Shown here in pieces: positions 37,811-47,257 of a DNA stretch of 64,000 nt. The notes beneath the pieces were generated by a model. The model did no database searches. It worked only from the letters and a program-made list of their open reading frames with translations, and had not been told where the DNA came from. Position numbers and translations under genes: made by a program. Position 1 is the first letter of the stretch, and every line of letters begins with the position of its first letter. The stretch is from an uncultured delta proteobacterium (GTDB lineage Bacteria; Myxococcota; UBA727; VGSZ01): NCBI GenBank assembly GCA_963775425.1, contig CAVZJB010000017.1, forward strand, positions 256,001-320,000. Reading direction: 5' to 3'.

Positions 37811-39781
37811 ATGACGGCGCGGCCGCACTTCGTCACCGGCGAGGAGGTCCGGGCGCACGCCAGGCAGGAGGGCCTCGGCTCGGTGTTTCGCGCCATCGGG
37901 CAGAAGCACCTGTCCGACGAGTACGTCGAGCGCATGCTCGGCCTCCCGCTGCACCTGCGCTTCGCCGTCGAGGGCAGGATGGACGAGGGCAAGAGCGTCG
38001 ACGACGACGTCCTCGCGAGCATCCCCTTCTACTCGTTGTGCAAGGGCCTCTTCCTCCCGCTGTCGATGCTGCAGCCGGAGGCGGCCGCCGCCTACTTCGG
38101 CATCCAGATCCCGCCGCCGCCCGATATGGCCGCCCGCGAGCAGCTCCTGCTCGACTTCCTCGGCAAGAAGGTCGGCCTGAGCCTGGTGCAGAAGCTCGCC
38201 TGCATCCTCGGCGATCCCTTCTGCGGACGGCGCTCCACGTTCAAGCGCGACTCGATGATCTCGCTTTTGGCGTCGATGTCGCTCGTCCCCAAGCGCGATC
38301 TCGTGGCGCGGCTGGCCCAGCCCGGCGTCGGCGACATCGCGGTGCTCTTCGCCGAGCACCGCCCCGCCGGCAAGGTCGAGCCGCTGCTCACGGCCGGCGA
38401 GGTGCTCGAGGCGCTGCGCCTGTTGCCGGGGGCGCCGCGCTCGCGGAAGTTCGAGGTGCTGCGCTCGCTCGTCACGCGCATGGGCAAGCTCGAGGCGTAC
38501 TTCCTCGCCAAGCTGCTGCTCCGCAAGGCGGCGTTCGGCTTCGACTACCAGGGCCCGCTCATCGCGCGCGCGCTCGCGGAGGCGTACGGCACGCCGAGCG
38601 CGCCCGTGGAGGCGGAGCAGGTGGCGCACGCGGTGGCGCTCACCGACGCCTTCAGGGTCGCCGCCGTCCTCGAGGAGGACGGGCCGGCGGGGCTGCGCAA
38701 GATCCAGTTGCAGCCGCTGGTGCCCATCCGTCCCGCGCTCGCGGCGCAGGGCGACGCGCCCATCACCAAGCTCCCGGTGTGGGTGGAGCGCAAGTACGAC
38801 GGCATCCGCCTGATGCTGCACAAGTCCACGGACCTGCGCGGCAACGTCCTCGTCGGCGCGTACACGCGTACGCGCGGAGATTGGCTCGAAGACATCGCCG
38901 GGCTCGAGGCCACGGTGAAGTACCTGCCCTGCCGGGACGCCATCGTCGACGGCGAGCTGCACGGCACCATCATCGACCTCGACGGCGACGGCGGCCGGCG
39001 GCCCGCGTCGGTCTACGACATCCTCGCGCACATCGGCGGCCAACCGCAGAAGCCGCTGCGCCTGCGCTACACGGCGTTCGACCTCGTGTACCTGAACGGG
39101 CGCGATCTCACGGCGCGGCCGCTGCAGGAGCGGCGGGTGCAGTTGCAGACGCTGCTGGCGCCGTTCCTGGCGGCGCCGTTGCCGTTGCCGGTGCCCATCG
39201 ACCTGAGCGAGGGCGCGCTCGCCGAGTCGATGGACGACGTGAACCGGTACTTCCATCACTTCAGGAACCAAGGCTACGAGGGCGTCATCGCCAAGGACCT
39301 CGACGGGCCCTACAAGATCGCCGCGCGCGATCCGTCGTGGGTGAAGCGCAAGCCGCTCGAGACGCTCGACCTCGTGCTCCTCGGCGGCGTGCTGGCGGTG
39401 ACCACCAAGGAGCGCGCGGGCATGTTCGGCTCGTACGTCATCGGCGCGCGCCGGCCCGACGGGTCCTTCGAGGACGTCGGCGACGTCGCCGGCGTCGACG
39501 TCGAGCGCGACCGCCTCATCCAGGCGCAGATCGTGCGCGAAGGGCTCATCACCGGTCGCCGCATCGAGCGCGCGTCGGCGTCGGGCGTGCGCCCCGGCCT
39601 CGAGCTGCGCCCGCAGATCGTGGTGACCATCAAGTGCGAGGGCGTGGTGCGCGACACCGTCACCAAGAAGCTCTCGCTGCGCGACCCGAAGATCGTCGTC
39701 CTGCGCACCGACAAGGGCGCCGGCGAGAGCGACACCACGCAGGCCCTCGAAGACCTCTACCGCAAAGAGCGCCTCGCGTAA
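37811..39781 (+). CDS. ATP-dependent DNA ligase
   Basis: Motif I ERKYDGIR, III VDGEL, IIIa AFDLVYLNG, IV EGVIAK, V WVKRK, VI SLRDPK..LRTDK; N-terminal helical domain. Confidence 0.92.
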   Translation: MTARPHFVTGEEVRAHARQEGLGSVFRAIGQKHLSDEYVERMLGLPLHLRFAVEGRMDEGKSVDDDVLASIPFYSLCKGLFLPLSMLQPEAAAAYFGIQIPPPPDMAAREQLLLDFLGKKVGLSLVQKLACILGDPFCGRRSTFKRDSMISLLASMSLVPKRDLVARLAQPGVGDIAVLFAEHRPAGKVEPLLTAGEVLEALRLLPGAPRSRKFEVLRSLVTRMGKLEAYFLAKLLLRKAAFGFDYQGPLIARALAEAYGTPSAPVEAEQVAHAVALTDAFRVAAVLEEDGPAGLRKIQLQPLVPIRPALAAQGDAPITKLPVWVERKYDGIRLMLHKSTDLRGNVLVGAYTRTRGDWLEDIAGLEATVKYLPCRDAIVDGELHGTIIDLDGDGGRRPASVYDILAHIGGQPQKPLRLRYTAFDLVYLNGRDLTARPLQERRVQLQTLLAPFLAAPLPLPVPIDLSEGALAESMDDVNRYFHHFRNQGYEGVIAKDLDGPYKIAARDPSWVKRKPLETLDLVLLGGVLAVTTKERAGMFGSYVIGARRPDGSFEDVGDVAGVDVERDRLIQAQIVREGLITGRRIERASASGVRPGLELRPQIVVTIKCEGVVRDTVTKKLSLRDPKIVVLRTDKGAGESDTTQALEDLYRKERLA

Positions 39782-39869
39782 TCGAGGCCGTCGCGAGCCC
39801 GCGCGGGAGGCGGCGGCGGCTCGATTCCTTGCGGGGCGAAAGGCCGGACGTACGATATCCTTGGGGCCC

Positions 39870-40646
39870 ATGCTCTTTGCGATTCCGCCGAGCCCGAGCC
39901 CAGACGCGCAGCGCGTGCATGCGCCGGCGCTGCAGGCCGCCCTGGCGCAACGCGTGCCCGGCGTCGTCGTCGAGATCGCACCGAGCTACGGCGCGCTCGG
40001 CGACGACTTGCTGTCGAAGCGCCTGACGGCCGCGTGGGCGCCGCCCATCGTGTGTGCGCGCGTGGAGATGGGCGGCGGCCGCGTGGCCCTCCGCGCCGTG
40101 CGCGGCGGCGTGACCACGTACCGCGCCGGGCTCGTGTGCCGCCACGACGAGCAGCTCGACCTGTCGCGCGCGGCGACGCTCGTCGCCGCGTGGGTCGACG
40201 AGGACAGCGCCGCCGGCTACCTGCTCGCGCGCTCCTGGCTCAAGGCGAGGAACCTCGACGCCGTTCGCGGCTTCAAGCGCGTTCTGTTCACAGGCAGCTA
40301 CGTCTCCGCCCTGCAGGCCGTGGCGGACCGGCGCGCCGACCTCGCCTCCATCTACATGACGTCGGAGGGCGCCGCGCCGCACAGCACGCTCGACGACGTC
40401 GACGACCTGTTGCGCGCCCGGCTGCGCGTCTTCGCCACCACCGGCGACACGCAGACCGACGGGATCGTCATCGCCCCCGGCGTCGCCGACGAGGAGGCCC
40501 GCGCGCTGGTGGACGCGCTCCTCGAGGTCGCCGCCTCCGACGAAGGCAGCCAGGCGCTGCAGGCCCTCCTCGCCTGCGACGAGCTTCGCCCCGCGCCCAC
40601 GCGCCCCACCTCCGCCGCGCTGCGAAACCTCGTCGACGTGAGCTGA
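39870..40646 (+). CDS. PhnD/SsuA-like substrate-binding-fold protein without signal peptide
   Basis: AWAPP, YRAGLV, AWVDEDSAAGYL, FTGSY..AL.AV..RADLA. Confidence 0.8.
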   Translation: MLFAIPPSPSPDAQRVHAPALQAALAQRVPGVVVEIAPSYGALGDDLLSKRLTAAWAPPIVCARVEMGGGRVALRAVRGGVTTYRAGLVCRHDEQLDLSRAATLVAAWVDEDSAAGYLLARSWLKARNLDAVRGFKRVLFTGSYVSALQAVADRRADLASIYMTSEGAAPHSTLDDVDDLLRARLRVFATTGDTQTDGIVIAPGVADEEARALVDALLEVAASDEGSQALQALLACDELRPAPTRPTSAALRNLVDVS

Positions 40647-40736
40647 GCGGCGTCACGTCTTGTGTCCGCCGTCGCCCGCGCCCCGGCGGCGATCGAGCGC
40701 CGAGAACCGGCGACGCGGCTCCGGTGTCCGTCGTGC

Positions 40737-41321
40737 GTGACCGATCTCGAACGGCGGCTCGCGCCGCGCGTGCTCGGCTCGCCCGTCGAGCGCTTCTGGC
40801 CCGTGCTCGCCGTCGTCCTGCTCGTCGACGTGCTCATCGTCGTCGCCCTCGTGCGCGAAGCGCGGCCGCGCCCCGCGTCGCTGCGGCTCGCCGCCGCCGC
40901 CGCCGTAGACCGCCCGATCGCCGTCGGCGCCGACGCCCACACCGCGCCGGCGCGCCTCGACCACGCGCCGCTGCTCCTCACGTCGGGAGCGCCGCGGGCG
41001 CCCGCGCTCGCGGAGGGCGATGGGCGACGCCTCGATCCCGGCGCCCTCGCCGATCGGGTCTGGGCCACCCGCTGCTCGGTCTGCCACGGCGCCGACGGGC
41101 GCGCCGACGGGCCGGCCACAAGAGCCCTCGAGCCGCGGCCGACGAGCTTCGCGAGCCCCGGGGCGCGGGGCAGCGACGCGGACCTCGCGAGCATCATCGT
41201 CGACGGCGGCGCGCGCTTCGGGTTGAGCCCGCTCATGGCCCCGAACAAAGACCTCGCGTCCAGGCCCGACGTCGTCGGCGCGCTCGTTCGCAAGATCCGC
41301 GGGTTCAGCGCACCTCGATGA
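40737..41321 (+). CDS. Membrane-anchored class I cytochrome c (start uncertain)
   Basis: TM helix, CSVCHG.DG..DG, PRPTSF, GLSPLM axial Met. Confidence 0.8.
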   Translation: MTDLERRLAPRVLGSPVERFWPVLAVVLLVDVLIVVALVREARPRPASLRLAAAAAVDRPIAVGADAHTAPARLDHAPLLLTSGAPRAPALAEGDGRRLDPGALADRVWATRCSVCHGADGRADGPATRALEPRPTSFASPGARGSDADLASIIVDGGARFGLSPLMAPNKDLASRPDVVGALVRKIRGFSAPR

Positions 41322-44300
41322 GCATCGCGGACAGCGGCAGGTGCGCCCACGTCGACAGCACGGGCTTGTTCGTGGCCGCCGACAGCGCCCGCGCGTAGGT
41401 GCGGAGCTGGCCGGCGAACGACCTCGAGAGCGTGACCGCGTCCTCGGTGATGTAGGTCTTGTGGTCCACGATGACGAAGCCCTCGTCCGTCTCGAGCACC
41501 AGGTCCATCTGCCCACGCACCACGGTGCCCGCGGGCAAGCGCTGCGTCACGTGCGACTCCCGGCGCACACGCGCGCCCGGCCAGCGCGCGAGCAGCGCGG
41601 CCCAGAGCCTGTCGGCGATGGTGACGACGTCGCCCGGCTGCAACAGCGCGGCGACGTCGTGGCTGTTCAACAGCCGCTCCGCCAGACGGAAGCGATCGTT
41701 GTCGTCGACGCTCTCCGCCGGCGCGAGCGGGGGCGCGCCCGCCGGGGGCACGCGCGGGTCCACGGCGAAGAACGCGTGCACCGCCGTCCCCAGGCGGGCC
41801 ATGGTGTCCTCGTCGGCGAAGTCGGCGATCATGAGCGGCGCCCCCAGCACCACCGGCTCCCCCGCCTCGCCCTCCTCGGCCACCGCCGACGGCGCCACGA
41901 ACGCAGGCGCGTGCTCGGCGGGCGGCAGCGGCGCGTACACCGCGCGCGTCCCCGGCGGCGGCGGCCGCGGCGGCCGCGCGCGCGGCTCGCGCACGCGCAT
42001 GACGACGTCGTGGCCGGCCCAGCGCGCGCGCCCTTCGCCGTCGGGCTCGCCGAGCGGCTGGCTGCCGTCGACGGCGAGGTGGCGCAGCACCGAGCTCTGC
42101 CCGGTCCACAGGTCGGTGCGTCCGCCGGGGCCGTTGTCGGAGACGACGCTCGGGAGGACGAGGCGGTCGCGGGCGCGCGTCCACCCGACGTACAGGAGAC
42201 GAAGCTCCTCGCGTTTTTGCGCGACGTCCATCGCCGCCTGCCACGGGTGTCGCGCGAGCACGTCGACGACGCCGCCCTTGCCGCGCTCCGTCGGCCGGTC
42301 CTGCCGATCACCGTAGGGGTGGGGCCAGTAGCGCACCCAACGGCCGCGCAGCGGATCGTTCACGTCGAGGCCGAGGCCGTCGCTCTCGACGTGCACGCCG
42401 CACACGCTCGGCGGCCAGTGGTGCACGAGCTGCGCGAGCACCACGACGGGCCACTCGCGGCCCTTGGCCTTGTGCCAGGTGGAGACCTCGACGGCGTCCT
42501 GGCCCGACACGTCGCCTTGCTCGTCGTCGGGGCTCTCCTCGCGGGAAGCGTCGTCGGCGAGCTCCTCGAGGCGCGCGAGGAAGCCGACCACGGTGGCGCC
42601 GGCGCCGGTGGCGACGCGCTCTTCGACGAAGCGCACGGCGAGCGCGCGCAGCGCGCCGAGGTTCGCGAGGCGCTGCTCGGCCTCGCCCCACGACGCGCAG
42701 ACGTCGCGCAGGCGCAGCGCCTCGATGACGAGGTCGACGGCGAGGACGACGCCGGCCTGGCGGTTTTCCTTGGCCACCTCCGCCACCGCCGCCACGTACG
42801 GGTCGACGACGAACGCGGCGGCGCCGTCGGGGCGAGGCGCGACGAGCGCGGCGAGCCACGCGTCGGGGTCTCCGGCGCCGCGGGTGAGGCGGGCGAGCTC
42901 GGCGGCGGCGAGGGCGTCGTGGCCGTCGTGAAAGAGCGCGAGGCCGGCGGCGAGGGCGCGCGCCTCGACGGAGGCGGCGAGGCCCCGCCGCCGTAGCACG
43001 GCGTGGATGCCCGCGTCCTGCAAGGCCGTCGCGATGTCGCGCGCCTGGCGGTTGGTGCGCGCGAGGACGGCGATGTGGCGGGCGGCGGCGCTGACGACGG
43101 CGCCGCTGCGCTCGCGCACGGTGACCTCGTCGTCCTCGATGAGCTCGGCGACGCCCGCGGCGATCTCTCGTGCGACGAGCTTGTGGTCGCTGAGCCGCCA
43201 CCGCTCGAGGAACGCGCCGAGGCCGGGCGGCTCCACCTCGAGCTTGGCGGTGATGTGCACCCGATCCGCGGGGACGCCCTGGGCGGCGAACGCCGGCGCG
43301 AACAGTGACGACGTCAAAGACACGAGCGCGGGCCGGCTGCGGTAGCTGACGCTCAAGGGCTCGGAGCTGGTGGCGATGGCGTCGATGACCGCTTCCATGA
43401 GGCGCGGGTCGGCGCCCCGAAAGCCGAAGATGGCCTGCTTCTGGTCGCCGACGAAGACGGTCTTTTCGGCGAGGGCGCTCAGCTCGGTGAGGATGGCGAG
43501 CTGGAGCGGGCTCGTGTCCTGGAACTCGTCGACGAGGACGAGGCCGATCTGCTCCTTGAGCTGCGGGCGGACCGACGGGTTTTGCAGGAGGGAGAGCGCG
43601 AACGCCTCCTGGTCGACGAAGTCGAACACACCCCACGAGCGCTTCTCCGCCTCGTAGCCGTCGCGGGCGCGGGCGGCGATGGCGAAGACGGTGCGCACGG
43701 CGAGCTCGAGGTCGGCACGCAACTGCGGGTGGTCGACGTGCATCTCGCCGAACCTGCGGAGCACCGTCATGTGCGAATCGCCGAACGCCCGCCAGCGCGG
43801 CCACGGGATGCGCTCGCCGCGCTTGAAGGCGCGCTGGACCTCGCGCAGCTCCTGCCGCTCCTGGCGCGCGCTGTCGAGCTTGGGCTCCTCGCCGGCGAGG
43901 ACCTGCTCGATGACGGCGAGGAGCTCTGTCTCGAGCGCGGCGCCGTCGCCGGGCGCGGGGAGGGTGGCGAGGAGCTCGTCGAGGCTGCGGCGCGCGCACT
44001 CGTCGAGGTCGACGGCGGCGCCGTTTTCGCGGGCGCGATCGATGATGACCTTGGCGGTGATGTGCCAGTTGAGGCCGCCGAAGCGGCGGTCGAGCTCCTC
44101 GAGGACGGCGCGCTCGTCCTCGGTGACCTGCTGCTCGAGGGCGTTTTTGAGCGACTGCTCGGCGAGGCGCTCGTCGAGGGTCATCAGCTCCGGGGAGAGC
44201 CCGAGCTCGAACGCGTGCTCGCGGACGATGTGCGCGCACACGGAGTGGATGGTGCCGATGCGGGCGGCGGCGAGGCGGTGCGCGAGCAGGACCTCACCGG

Positions 44301-44484
44301 CGTCGAGGAGCGCGCGGCGCACGCGCGCGGCGAGCTCGGCGGCGGCGGCGCGGGTGAAGGTGACGGCGATGACGCGCTCGGGCGCGATGGGGTCTTGTTC
44401 GCGGAGCAGCTCGCGCTTGAGCTCCTCGGCGAGCCTGTAGGTCTTGCCGGTGCCGGCGCTGGCCGAAATGACCTCGGTCCTCAC
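41305..44484 (-). CDS. UvrD-family helicase with C-terminal RecB-type nuclease (AddA-like)
   Basis: ASAGTGKT, TFTRAAA, VDEFQDTS, VGDQKQAIFGFRGA, HKAKGREW, LYVGWTRA; nuclease GQMDL..IVDHKT..QL..Y; GTGA overlap with the upstream gene. Confidence 0.92.
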   Translation of the reverse strand: MRTEVISASAGTGKTYRLAEELKRELLREQDPIAPERVIAVTFTRAAAAELAARVRRALLDAGEVLLAHRLAAARIGTIHSVCAHIVREHAFELGLSPELMTLDERLAEQSLKNALEQQVTEDERAVLEELDRRFGGLNWHITAKVIIDRARENGAAVDLDECARRSLDELLATLPAPGDGAALETELLAVIEQVLAGEEPKLDSARQERQELREVQRAFKRGERIPWPRWRAFGDSHMTVLRRFGEMHVDHPQLRADLELAVRTVFAIAARARDGYEAEKRSWGVFDFVDQEAFALSLLQNPSVRPQLKEQIGLVLVDEFQDTSPLQLAILTELSALAEKTVFVGDQKQAIFGFRGADPRLMEAVIDAIATSSEPLSVSYRSRPALVSLTSSLFAPAFAAQGVPADRVHITAKLEVEPPGLGAFLERWRLSDHKLVAREIAAGVAELIEDDEVTVRERSGAVVSAAARHIAVLARTNRQARDIATALQDAGIHAVLRRRGLAASVEARALAAGLALFHDGHDALAAAELARLTRGAGDPDAWLAALVAPRPDGAAAFVVDPYVAAVAEVAKENRQAGVVLAVDLVIEALRLRDVCASWGEAEQRLANLGALRALAVRFVEERVATGAGATVVGFLARLEELADDASREESPDDEQGDVSGQDAVEVSTWHKAKGREWPVVVLAQLVHHWPPSVCGVHVESDGLGLDVNDPLRGRWVRYWPHPYGDRQDRPTERGKGGVVDVLARHPWQAAMDVAQKREELRLLYVGWTRARDRLVLPSVVSDNGPGGRTDLWTGQSSVLRHLAVDGSQPLGEPDGEGRARWAGHDVVMRVREPRARPPRPPPPGTRAVYAPLPPAEHAPAFVAPSAVAEEGEAGEPVVLGAPLMIADFADEDTMARLGTAVHAFFAVDPRVPPAGAPPLAPAESVDDNDRFRLAERLLNSHDVAALLQPGDVVTIADRLWAALLARWPGARVRRESHVTQRLPAGTVVRGQMDLVLETDEGFVIVDHKTYITEDAVTLSRSFAGQLRTYARALSAATNKPVLSTWAHLPLSAMLIEVR

Positions 44485-47210
44485 CGTGCGCCCCGGGACG
44501 ACGTCGACTGAGGCGCCGACTGGACAGGCGGGGCGGCCGGCGACGACCCCGTCCCCCCCGAGGCCGGCGCGGCGCCCGCCGCCGCGGGCGCGCGGCCGGT
44601 GAGGTTCTCGCCGCCGGGGAGCGCGCGGCCGCACAGGAGGGAGAAGCGACAGTGCCGGCACGGAGGCGCGATCAAGAGGTCGTCGTCGAACGCCTGCGAA
44701 CGAAGCTCGTAGAGCCGCTTGCCGACGCCGGGAGCGTCGCAGCGGCCCGCGGCGATGTCGGCCTCGACGTCGTGCGCCTTCCGCTTGATGCGGTCGGCGG
44801 TCCACGCGACGTCGTGCGAGCCGGGGTCGACGGCCTGCTCGCCGCCGAGCGCCTCGTCCGTGGTCAACAGGCGGCGGCTGCGGATCTGGTAGTAGCCGAC
44901 GCCCGGCCACGGCGACGACGGCTCCCGCAACAACGACGCGTAGACCGCGAGCTGCACCGCCGTCCCCTGCAACAGCTCGCGCAGGCGCCGGCGCTCGCTG
45001 CCGCTCTTGTGATCGACGACGACGAGCGCGTCGCCGCGCTGCACCACAAGATCGAGCCGCCCGAGCATCGCGCGCCCCTCGACGCCCTTCTTGATGTCGA
45101 GCTCCACGTCGCGCACCGTGAAGCCCCGCTCGAGGAGCAGCTCCACGAGGTGCTCCGACGCCCTCGCCACAAGGTCGCGCGCCCGCGTACGCTGCGTGGC
45201 CTCCACGGGCCGCAGCAGCACCGCCGCTCGCCGCGGCACGCGCTCGTCGAAGATCGCGCGCGCGCGCTCCCCGGCCAGCGCCGCCGTCGCCGGCCGCTCC
45301 GCCAGCACCCGCGCCAGCACGTCGTGGGCGAGGTCGCCGAAGAGCTTCCCGCCCGACGGCAGCCGGCGCGCCCGCGCCTTCAGGCCTGCTCGCTCGAGCA
45401 CCGCGCGAAACGAGCAGCCGAGCAGCGACTCCGCCTTCGTGGCCGTCTCCTCGACGGGGCGCTGCACGCTCCCCGCCGGGAAGCGCCACGCCGCCTGCGG
45501 CGTCGCCACGTCGCGGCCCTTGAACCCCTTCTTCGCCATCCCGCGCGGCGCCAACGTCCCCACCTCGAGCGCGCGCACCGCTTCGGCGCCCGCCGCACGC
45601 GCGACGACCTCGTCCCACAACGGGTGCGGATGCCCCGCGTCTCCCTTGCGATCGCGGCGCGGACAGCACAGCACCAACGTCGACGACGCCGACGTCAGCG
45701 GCCGCTGAAACTGCGCCGCGCGCTGCTCCGCCGCCCGCCCCGGCTCCGGCAACGCGACGCCCATCTCGAGGAGCGCCGCCCGCTCCGCGCGCGTCACCGA
45801 CGGCGTCCGCAACGCCGGCTCCGCCGCGGCCGTGAAGCTCCACCACACCACGTGCGCGCACGGGCCGGCGACCGCGCCGGGGTCGCGCACCTGCGCGAGC
45901 CCCGCCGACGCCTTGCGCGCGCGCATCGGGCGCACGCCCGCCGTCGCCTGCTCGACGACGCGCATGAGCTCCGTGCGCGACAACGCCGGCGCTCCGAACG
46001 CGCGCGCGATGCGGCGGATGCTCGCGACCTGCGCGATGGCGCCGAGCACCCTGTCGCCGTCGGCGTCGCTCTCCATGCGGCGCTGCAGCCAACGATTCAC
46101 GAAGGTGAGCCGCTCCTCGAGCACCGCGAGCGGCATCGTCGCCGCGTCCGCCGACGGTGCGGAGAACAGGGCCGCCACGCGCGCGCGCGCCTTCGCCGCC
46201 TCCGCCTGCGGCAACGTCGCCAGACGGCGCTCGAGCGCTTGGCGCCAGGCGTCGCCGTCGACGGCCGGCTCCCTCGCCAGCGCGCGCGCCAGGGAGCCGG
46301 CGATGCGCTTGCGCAGCGGCGACGCCGGCAGCGTGAGCAGCTCGAAGGCGCGCTCCGGGTCGCGCTCGGGCCACGCGAGCGCCACGACGAGCGGCGCCAC
46401 CTGCAGCAGACCGTCGTCCCCGCGCTCGCCGCGGGCGCCCAGCGTCGGGAGGCCGAGCCGCGCGAGCCCCACGTCGAGGAGCGCGTCACCGCCGACGACG
46501 AGCACCGGCTCGCCCTCGGGCAAAGACGCGACATGCGCGGCCACCTCCGCGGCCGCCTCCTCCGGGCAGTCGGCGCGCAGGAGCTGCAGCGAGCCGTCGC
46601 TCTGCGGATGGAAGGGCGCGCGCCGCGCGCGATGGAGATCGAGGGCGCCGCCCGGGCCCTCCTCGAGCGCAGCCGGTGCGATCCGCGTCCCCCGCGCACG
46701 CAGCGCCGCGACCACGCGCCGCCACGCGGGCGAGAGCGCGTCCTCGGGATCGCAGAGCGCGACGTCGTCGATCGCGCAGGCGCGAGCGCCGAGCTCCCGC
46801 ACCACCGCCGCGAGCCGGTCACCCGGACCTGCGACGACGCCGCGGCACACGCCGACGACGTCGCGCAGACGCGGCGGCAGGCGCAACGCGTCGGCGTCGT
46901 CGAGCGCCGGGTCCAGGCCGGCGTCGACGAGCGCGTCGCGCAGCCGCAGCACCGTGCGCGCCACGGCGAGGGGATCCGCGTCGAGCGAACGCGACCACGC
47001 GCCCTCCCGCGTGCGCAGCGCCGGCACGAGCGACGCCGCGCGCTCGGCGCGGGTGACATCGCTGTGCAGCCCGCCGAGGCCGAGCCCGGTCTCGAGGATC
47101 TTCAGGAAGCCGAGCGGGCCGACCCACGCATCGTCGAGCGCGGCCTCGGCGTCCCCGAGGGGACCGGGCCAGGCACCGCTGTCGAAGCTGCTGCCGAAGA
47201 CGACGCGCAC
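44481..47210 (-). CDS. PD-(D/E)XK nuclease, AddB-like
   Basis: Degenerate helicase-like N-terminus; CSFR, GDLAH, GRLDL, DHKSG, QLAVY, CRHCRFSLLC (Fe-S-type Cys). Confidence 0.88.
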   Translation of the reverse strand: MRVVFGSSFDSGAWPGPLGDAEAALDDAWVGPLGFLKILETGLGLGGLHSDVTRAERAASLVPALRTREGAWSRSLDADPLAVARTVLRLRDALVDAGLDPALDDADALRLPPRLRDVVGVCRGVVAGPGDRLAAVVRELGARACAIDDVALCDPEDALSPAWRRVVAALRARGTRIAPAALEEGPGGALDLHRARRAPFHPQSDGSLQLLRADCPEEAAAEVAAHVASLPEGEPVLVVGGDALLDVGLARLGLPTLGARGERGDDGLLQVAPLVVALAWPERDPERAFELLTLPASPLRKRIAGSLARALAREPAVDGDAWRQALERRLATLPQAEAAKARARVAALFSAPSADAATMPLAVLEERLTFVNRWLQRRMESDADGDRVLGAIAQVASIRRIARAFGAPALSRTELMRVVEQATAGVRPMRARKASAGLAQVRDPGAVAGPCAHVVWWSFTAAAEPALRTPSVTRAERAALLEMGVALPEPGRAAEQRAAQFQRPLTSASSTLVLCCPRRDRKGDAGHPHPLWDEVVARAAGAEAVRALEVGTLAPRGMAKKGFKGRDVATPQAAWRFPAGSVQRPVEETATKAESLLGCSFRAVLERAGLKARARRLPSGGKLFGDLAHDVLARVLAERPATAALAGERARAIFDERVPRRAAVLLRPVEATQRTRARDLVARASEHLVELLLERGFTVRDVELDIKKGVEGRAMLGRLDLVVQRGDALVVVDHKSGSERRRLRELLQGTAVQLAVYASLLREPSSPWPGVGYYQIRSRRLLTTDEALGGEQAVDPGSHDVAWTADRIKRKAHDVEADIAAGRCDAPGVGKRLYELRSQAFDDDLLIAPPCRHCRFSLLCGRALPGGENLTGRAPAAAGAAPASGGTGSSPAAPPVQSAPQSTSSRGAR

Positions 47211-47257
47211 CGCGGGAGCCTACCGCGGATCACCACGGGCACGACCGCGCGCCGGGC

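Noticed and set aside
44481-47210. Cas4-like nuclease
   Set aside because: The Cys pattern and PD-(D/E)XK domain sit in a 909-aa AddB-like protein coupled to a UvrD helicase, with no CRISPR context
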